From Laetmonice hystrix (lineage: Eukaryota): a stretch of DNA of 64,000 nt. Position 1 is the stretch's first letter, and every line of letters starts with the position of its first letter. The position numbers and the translations under genes are program-made. The notes beneath the pieces were generated by a model. That model did no database searches and had not been told where the DNA came from. It saw nothing but the letters and a program-made list of their open reading frames with translations. Shown in pieces: positions 38,890 to 64,000 of this stretch. Location: positions 16,988,001 to 17,052,000 of the forward strand of contig OZ249439.1 of assembly GCA_965235115.1 (NCBI GenBank). The letters are read 5' to 3'.

Positions 38890-41226
38890 CTAAATGTACC
38901 CCAAGCCTACAAGAAGGTGACAAAGTAAAACAATTACCGTAATCTTCCGTGTATAAGGCTGAGTATAAGCCACACTTTTCTCCTCCTCAAATTAATCATA
39001 AATCACAGGTGTGGCTTATACATGGCCACAAGCGTCTGGCGACTTCTGCGACTATGTGGAGACCAAGACCAGGAGACAAGTCAGGGCCCATGTTACTGTG
39101 TCGCCAATGGCTATTATTTTCTCAAATTGGCCAGGAAAAATATTGGTGAATTTTCTTGCAAATAGTACATGTACATAGAATTGGTTGAATTTGGGATAAA
39201 TGGGGACGGTGCTGATGATGGGATTTACTGCGCCATGAGCCCAGTAATTTTTTGCCCGCAAAAAATATAAAATTCCTCAAAGAAATTGGTCACGATTATT
39301 TAGTTAATCGCTTCATAATTCAGTATCAACAGTAACTGTGTTGGATAAGAACTTGCAGAGTATGCTGGTACAACACTTTTAATGGCCAGTGCAGCGAGCC
39401 GCAAAGGTCGCTCTATGACAACACATGTGGATGTAGCCTAGATAAGGGTGGCCAAGGCCAATCCGGAACTGGAAAACCCTTAGAGCAAAATTCATGGAGG
39501 GTCATGTGATCCTTCCAGAGGGTGTGATTTGTGATGTCACAATGACAATGGAAGTTTTTATTAACAAACAATTGCATGACGGTTTGTTGATTAAACCTTC
39601 CATTGTGATGTCACAATATCACAACGTTCGGTGTTGCTAAGTGCCCTGTCAAGTGATTGTATTAATGTAGGCCTAACTCCCAGCGCTGCGCTCGCTCTTG
39701 TCTAGCGTACTATACTCCAACAAGTCAGAGTCCTAGTCCTTACATCCATACGGACTCTGACCGTCGAGTACAAATGCGCCAGCGACTGCAAATGCTGCCG
39801 GGGTTCTATCTCGGTCCTATCGCGCATCATCGCCTCAAAGTCATGTTTCAGACCACTTTTGGCACTGAAACTTGCTGAGAGTAAACAAAAGAGGTTACTT
39901 CAACAGATACGTAAATGTATTTTGTTGGATGTTATCTTAGTAGGTGAAATTCTCAGTTTGTTTGGTCAAATAAAGTGCAGCGCGGGCGACCAGCGGTGAC
40001 CCAGTTTATCGGGTGTGCGTATTTTCGACTTCTGTACTGCATCCGGAATGGACCGCATAAGTAGGTCGCGCTACCTGTTCAAGCAGACACTGAGGCACAG
40101 AGTGAAGCTACCCGTTTCGGGTACCAGTAGTGATCTAACTTTTATCAGTTCCCGGTCACTCGGTGCACCGCAGATGGCTGCCAGAGCTACGGACCCGACT
40201 TGCTCGTAAACAACCGGACCGTGTGGACGTTATATTTGTCCAATAATCATAATCAAGGTCGGAATAGAAATTTCAATACCGTGGCTCTCTATAAAAATCG
40301 ATTTCGTGCTCCGACGAAGAAGTTTAGTACCAAAACGAAGGCCGCAAAGTTGCGATAACGGACGTCTTCGCAGAGCGTCCAAGAATCGCTAGGCCAGCGT
40401 CACTTGACAACTAAACGGTGTTCTGGAAGACACCGTTTAGAAACTGAACTAAGCGTACTACTATATCTAGTACTGTACTTAGTAGGATATTATTTTTTTA
40501 GATCTTCACCGTTAGGATAAGACATAAGTTTAACTAGGGTCTATCGTGATGGCCCAGTAGCCTTGATACCAGGCTGAGACAGTTAGGAACTTAGACCTTT
40601 TCAGTTTTTGTGTTGACCAGCCAACCGAGGCCGATGGCGATGCCCATGCCATGGCTTGGGCCGAAACCTTGGCTTGGGCTTGGCCTTGGCCGGGCACATT
40701 AACCAGCCAATTTCCGGAAAGTATCGGTAAAATTCGAGTCTCAGGAAGGTTTGGGGGACTCAGTACATTTCAGATACTATGATGAAGTCCAAGTAACAAC
40801 AGAAAATGCCATGAGTACTACCTTTGAGATGGAAAGCTGCTTCAAATCAACAAACAATCATTTGACGTGGATTTTATACTGTGACATGGGCGCTGCCATT
40901 TTGCAGAAATGTATGCTGGGAGTTTGAGCAGCGCAACACTAATAACAAATACCTTTTGTACCTGTTAGAAAAGAAACGTATATGTACTCAATAAACTGTT
41001 TTTTTTACACAAACTAGCATAATGATGTTAGCTCAAACTTATTGGACATTTTTGATCATAATCTCGTGGAGTCGTTGAAACAGACGAGTTTTAGGGGTGA
41101 TCAACATGGCTGACTGGAGAGAAGCGGTGCTCTGACATAAAATTTCAAGAAAACCCCTTTATTTTAGCTCTTAGACATATAGTTTTGTTATTGAACTTTT
41201 TCTATTTCATTAGTCAGTTGTCCTTT
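38890..41226. promoter_or_regulatory. Divergent (head-to-head) promoter interval of NFXL1 and UBE3A, including untranslated first exons
   Basis: ATGs at 38881 (-) and 41227 (+) diverge about 2.35 kb apart. CpG-rich segment at about 39700-40400. The NFXL1 ATG exon starts at an acceptor (38889), which implies an upstream UTR exon. TSS not located. Confidence 0.6.
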
Positions 41227-47932
<6,706 letters not shown>

Positions 47933-50900
47933 ATATTCCAAGTCATTAAGATTCAACCTGTTAAGACTGTCATCAGGTCACTCAGATGGCTACTTAACAG
48001 TCAGTTCAAGGACAGTGTCCTCCATGTGGGTTGAAACCCTGTTTACTGGGATCTACACAAGTCACTATCCATAAGTATGCATTCACTAACATATCTTCCC
48101 CATTTCTATTTCCCTGGAGTAGTGGTACCCATTGAGGTGACCATGAGCATGGACAAGTAAGAGGCTGAAGGATTAAAGGCAAAGATCAGTTTAAAGGCAG
48201 TGTGTATAGAGAGAGGAATCTTGTAATGTCAGCCGAGTCTGAGCAGTGTAGCAGACCTGAAAGGGGTAGTTTTGGGGAAGCAGCAGTCAATGATACTACA
48301 AGTATCAATGCAGCACCAGGTGATTTAAGGTGTGTTGGAACGTTGACCTTCTTGCACACATAATTCAGAGACGTTGTATAAAGGAACCTGTAGTGATACT
48401 GAGGTCACACCTTCGAAAGTGAATGGACGTTTATAAGACTGCAGGGACTAAGCAGTACACTGCACGTTAAATGGTGTATTTCCGAGGCAAGAAGTGGTAA
48501 GGGCACCTCGCTGGCAAACCAGGCAAAGCCGTGCCAATGACAGAATGCACTGCTAAAACCAAGATCCTACATTGTTAGGAAGTGGACAGAGGTGTAAGCA
48601 AGGAAATGAAGATTCTCTAAACTGGAGAGTGTCATTAATGATCAGTTAAACTTCTTGCAGTAGATACCACTAGCTGATGATGTACATAATCAACGTCCAC
48701 GAAGAAAACGAGAGATATAGAAAAGCAGAAAAAAAGTTGGCAATTTTCCTGGATAATCCCAGGGCCTTTGTTTTGATGTTATATATTGATTGGTCCTGTA
48801 CGTGTTTCTCTGGTGTCTGCGTTTGTGAGGTCGGGTGGGTGTGTGGATGCTGATGTACATGTGTGTTATAATCCCAAACTTTTCATACTCCACAATGTTT
48901 GGAGAGTATCCAGTTCAAACCATTATTAAGTTTTCAAAAATTGGTGGTCATAAGTATACATAAGTATATTCCAACAGTTTACATTTTGAGTATTTGTCTA
49001 TACAAACATGAAGAGTCTGAGGACAAATATCAGTGCTAGAATGTTTAGATGTAATAGCATTCACAAGTGTGCCCAGTTGTTTAATTTTACTACATGTTCA
49101 CCAATAACAACTTCTGTGTTTCATTAATCTATATGTTGCCCAATTACCCAAATTATAAAGGAGAGTTTGATCAATTTTTATTGACGAAACAATTTGACAG
49201 CACCACAGAAGTAAACTTCCATCCACTGCATAGTCAGTTCTGCCTATGATTTCTTTTTAGTGTTAACATTAAAATTATATCACTTGAAAATCTGGAGACA
49301 GTAACAATCAGAAGATCTTTTGAAGTTTCCGCTATTATCAGCTAATGATTAGGCAATGGCCTGTATTTTGATGAAGGTATTTTGATGAAGACTGTCTCCA
49401 GCATCTAGGATGAGCAATTGTTATAAAAATAAAGAAATGGTTCTAAACTCTTCATGTTGAATTAATAAGTTGCGAACTGCAAACTTTATTTAAGAGTTAT
49501 GTTGGTGCAAATAGGTCAACGGGCACAATTTACTTCCTTTTCTAACTGTACAATGCATCGTGTAGTGTAACTGTCCACACGAGATATAAATCATTCTCAA
49601 TTAATTTTTAACCCGGACATGGTTCACAATTGCTACTTTAGAGGGCAGCAGTCTTTATTTTTTCATTTCAGGCTTTCATTTTGACTTGGCAGTCTTGTGG
49701 GCATACTGAACCTGTGGTACTTTACTGAGCATTATCTTGATAAAAGGACCATTATCTTTGTCTTTGCCAAAACAGCAGAGTTCCTTCTACCATGGCTTAT
49801 TGTATTTTGGCACCTGTAAATATATGGCAGTAGATTCTTTGAACTTGGTAAGTGATACCTAGTTCCCCTTTTCAGGTGCAGTTCATGACATTCAAAAATA
49901 TGATGATACCAATGTATTGTTTTCCAGTGTCTTAAGATAATGTGCTGTAAAACAGCAAACCGTGTTTATGTTAATAATCAGTAGTGTGGTGGGCTTGCTT
50001 TGTTTTTCTCTACATCTTTGAACCAATGTAATTGGAGATGTATGAGTAGAGAAAATGGCATATATAATAAAGCTCTAGCTTTCATAGGTAAGGTACAATT
50101 TGTTTTAGCAATCCAAATGTGCTCACTATGTTTATTGAAAAATTATTATTAAGGTAATTTGCTATGCAAGGCTGCCTCTAATCTTTCGTATGTATTGTAG
50201 TGCTCAGTTAAATGTGCCCAAAAGAATCACAGGCTCAGGTTTTTCTCAGAAGAGATACATTAAAGGTCTGTTACTCACTAGAAATACACTGGCCTTTCTC
50301 CAAGTGCTGCCTTTAAAACTGGCTAGCAGACTGCCTCTCTGTTTGCAAAAACTTGCTGTGGAGAAAATGTTACACGACTGTTCAGAAATATAAAGATCAA
50401 AATTAGTTTATCCCCCCCCCCCCCATCTTTTAAATTTCTGAGAAATAGAATCTCTAAGCTTATAATTGTTGTTAACACATGGATGTAAGACTTGATAGTC
50501 GAGTTTTATGTTCTGTTTTCCAAATACACCGTACAAGAAGCCATTTTTCTCAGGAGCATTTACCATCTGACCAACAAGGGGTGTATTGTTTATAATTCTG
50601 TGTGGGTGGGTGTGGATGTTGGCGTGCCTGATATGTCTTAATAGCAACAGATCTCTTAACAAAGCTTTCAATATTACAGTTAATATCGCACATGTGGAGG
50701 ATATGATTTGAAACAAGCATGTCATACATGTCAGCGACAGGTGTTTGAAAAATCGACTGTGTCCACTATGTTTAGTGGCATGTAACAGAAATTAAAGAAA
50801 CTTGTCAATCCGAGATTTTTTATGTTGATTAGTTATATATACAGACGCTGATAAAATAAATTTGTATTTTAGTAGGTAGTGCAGGATCACATGGGACAGT

Positions 50901-53440
50901 ATATAGGGAACGACCATCTTAGCACGCGCTGTTCCTCACTCACTGAATAACGAACCAGAAAGCAGCCACGACCATCTTCATGATTGATGTGAAACGCCTG
51001 GGGAAGTTTAGGGCTTGACAGGCTCAGTTCAGTCAGTTGGTTGTCTATTTATGAAAAAAACCCATATGCATATATGTGTACAGTTTTCGAACCTACTTAT
51101 GTTGGCGTGGGAGTGGGTGCGTGGGTTGTGTGTGTGGGTGTGCTATTTACAGCTTTTGTACAGTTGATCTTTCCGTCTGGGCTAGAGGTATAAATTCGTG
51201 TTTACAGCTAGGCCTACAGGTACATTGCCAGTCCAATAATGGAGCCTAAAGTGCCGACAATAACAAATTTACAAGTAAATACTTTTGTACCTCATCTATG
51301 ATGCATGTATCTCATCAAAGTGTATGACAGCTTCTGGAACGTGTCTTTAGTTTACCAGCATATTATGAAAATATTCGTCCAAGACGTTACCCTATTCCAT
51401 AAGTAACTGGTACGAGTGTACTGACGTTTGGGGCTGATGCTACCATTGTATATTATTGGATGGTTTGATAGGATCCTCCTGTTATTCCTGAATATATGCT
51501 TCCCAGTAATGTTTTGGTGCTCAGTATTTTATTTGGATTGCACAGCCCTTTCCACTATGACGATGTGAGGCACAATATTACTTCACGCTTCAGTTTAACA
51601 AAATACCTGACCATTGTCTGTGCTTCCATTACGTCTTGTGGTTCACTACAACCAGTCATAAAGGCTTGTCAGCTAGTATCAACAGTCAAAACATTTACCT
51701 CACACAAACTTAACAAACGGTTCAGTTTTTGTGAGATTTATAATAGTACAATGCATCTGTGTTTTTCACTCTAGATGTAAATTAAGAGCAGCGTCGCAGT
51801 AGAGTTAGCTACGTGATAAATGCCATCCAACCAAGGGTTACAGATAAATTTATCCATATGTTGATATCATTTCCTGTACTTTGACTAAACACAAAGTCTA
51901 GTTGCCTTGTTAAGACATCTTGACTTGAGGAAGAAAAATAGCTGCTTTAATTTTTCCTAGATGTATAATGCAGAATGTTACCCCAGGAAAACCGCAACAA
52001 GTTATAAGAGATAGAAAAATAGCCTATATACGGTACCTTACCCAAGGGCTACCGGTACATGGTGACGAACTTTATTGGCTCGATGTACATTCTGTATGCA
52101 CTAAAATACAGTCCTCTTTATCCACAGCATTCTTTACTGTTCTTTTCACAGACATAATTCATACGCCCATATTTTGGTATTTGGAAAATAATTTGTAAGA
52201 TAGTAGTTAATCACCACCTAGTCGAAGTTTGATATTAAAGACTGTGAATATATGTCCACACTGGGCCTATATTTTATAACCTTACACGGATTTATAATTT
52301 AGATAGATTAAAGGAAACAAGTCAGCCTGTACTTGAAAAACATTAGTATTGAGGTCTACGATATTCAGTTTTCGGGAAATTACTGTCAATTTAGCTTTGC
52401 ATTTTCAGACTCCTAATTCTGTGTACATAATGGCCTAATTGCAATTTTGGTTGAAACGCAAGTACTTGTGTTGCAAATTATCTCATGCACTATATGAACC
52501 CTTACCATTTGTTTACTAAATTCCTAAATTCCAGAGTGGACGTGGTAGGACGTGGAAGTTCTCTTGATGTGGTGCTGGATTTCGAGAAAGCAGTTTATTG
52601 GTACATGCACTAGAACAAAATTGTAGGCCTACTTACATGGAACGTTCCAATTTGCTAGTGCCTCATTTACCCAGTACAGGTATGCGTGCATACAATACAG
52701 ATTGGTATGTCATTCTTAGGCTAGGCTTAGCCATTAAGAAGGATGCTGTTCAAGCTAGCATTCTACTCAAGATTTAGGCTGTAAAACTCTCAGTGGATCA
52801 GATGATGTACCTTAGAAACAAGAATAGTCCTCTGTACGTTGTAAATAAAGGATGTGTGGGATCTGTTACTAAAGAATGGGTCTTTTTGTCATTAGTTTTT
52901 ATTTATTTTTATAATTATTTTTAAAGATTTAAGCCATCTGGGTATATTACAGTAGTGAATACAGGTGTGTTCTTATTAATACTAATAACTTGGCCAATTG
53001 CCTTTCTCGTGTAATATATACTAGTGCCTACAAAAAGCTCAGCCTCAGGCATATTTTGTTTGTATTGGAATTTTGAGATGTGAAATTTATGTATTCAGAC
53101 CTGCCTAGTATCACAAACTTTAGCTTATAGACGACGATTGAAGAATATGGAATCTTTTCGTCTGCTCTCTCATAAACTTTGTGCATTCTCACTTGTCACC
53201 CCCCCCCCCTCCTTCTCTTTCATCTGTGTAAGGCAAAAATGAAAGGAATTTCAAGTATTTAATAATTTGACTATTTCAACCTGGAATCACCATGATTAAT
53301 GCACTTGTATTATCCTGATAATGAAAAATGATTCTATGTTTTAAAAAAACAATAAAAAGGTGCCAGCTTTTGAGATAAATTGAGGAAACAAATCAGATTG
53401 AGTCTAAAGTGGTTGATTTCAAGACTAAGTACGGCTCACT

Positions 53441-53452
53441 CCGCCAGGGGGC
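53441..53452 (+). promoter_or_regulatory. Candidate CTCF site upstream of the ISWI gene
   Basis: CCGCCAGGGGGC matches the CTCF core. Motif match only. Confidence 0.4.
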
Positions 53453-53479
53453 TGGAGAGACTCTCCTAGCGGGAGAACA

Positions 53480-53845
53480 GTGAAACAGGCTACAAGTAGA
53501 TCGCTTCCGCTTCCTGTCTTATATCGGCCCGGAGCGCGGCACGGAAGCTGGCACATACTCTCCAGTCAGAACCGTTTGATCTACATATCTGCTATAATAT
53601 ATCACCTCACTATCTTAAAATTTTGCGTCAAATATTGGGTTGAGTTTTACATCGTTACATCGTACTATAGGGAGTGTATGTGTACAGAGTTGTTCGAATT
53701 TGTCTAAGTTTTATTATTATAAGAACGAGAGTAGACGGCCTCGAATCTCGCGGCATTTTGTGTGCGCACAAAGACACCGAGACAGTGCGTTGGGAAACTG
53801 TCTTCTACTTCTAGAAATACCAGGAACAACAGAAACATATAAACG
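53480..53845 (+). promoter_or_regulatory. CpG-rich promoter/5' UTR of the ISWI gene
   Basis: Rise in CpG content, with ETS-type CTTCCG/CGGAAG motifs at about 53503-53547 just upstream of the first coding exon. Confidence 0.5.
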
Positions 53846-63786
<9,941 letters not shown>

Positions 63787-64000
63787 GTAAACAGAAAAAT
63801 TGTACAGTAAGGATCATCATCTGTGAATATAAAACTTGGTTCAACGAATTTCACGCTGGCATGCCGATTATTCCTCTTTATGGTGGCAATGTGTTGCCAT
63901 GCTCTTTTCCCCCCTTCAGTGGGTGCCTTCCCTGACCACTGCTAGTAAACGCCTAGCCGAGTCCTTTGCCATTCCCCTTGAGGCCTTGACCAATGAAATT

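Noticed and set aside
38417-38928. Several overlapping ORFs on both strands of NFXL1 exon 1
   Set aside because: Shadow frames of a Gly/Gln/His low-complexity exon.

Overview
Eukaryotic, intron-rich genomic DNA from a bilaterian, probably a marine invertebrate (inferred from repeat style, CpG mosaic and gene content; not determinable further). I reconstructed five protein-coding genes by hand from splice signals, exon phase and remembered homology. (1) The 5' part of MCMDC2 (minus, runs off the left edge). (2) A two-exon secreted olfactomedin-domain gene of about 815 aa (minus). (3) NFXL1 (minus, 18 coding exons, about 991 aa). (4) UBE3A/E6-AP (plus, 11 coding exons, about 933 aa), head-to-head with NFXL1. 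(5) The 5' part of an ISWI ATPase, SMARCA5/SMARCA1 (plus, 11 exons, runs off the right edge). The 7.4-30 kb interval has no gene I can identify. It carries non-autonomous DNA transposons (Harbinger-, Kolobok- and hAT-like) and a few weak candidate exons. No autonomous transposase, rRNA, intact tRNA or CRISPR array was found. The most interesting signal is three unannotated, frame-preserving small cassette exons (39, 24 and 30 nt) in the 4.45-kb ISWI intron 3. They would insert peptides immediately before the AutoN 'HRHR' autoinhibitory motif, and two of them arose by tandem duplication. Other notable points are a GC-AG intron in MCMDC2, loss of all three canonical Ca2+ ligands in the olfactomedin propeller, a prion-like GGQQW/His N-terminus on NFXL1, and two CAGGG-ended elements with 5-bp target-site duplications. 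All homology calls come from memory of the families; no database search was run.
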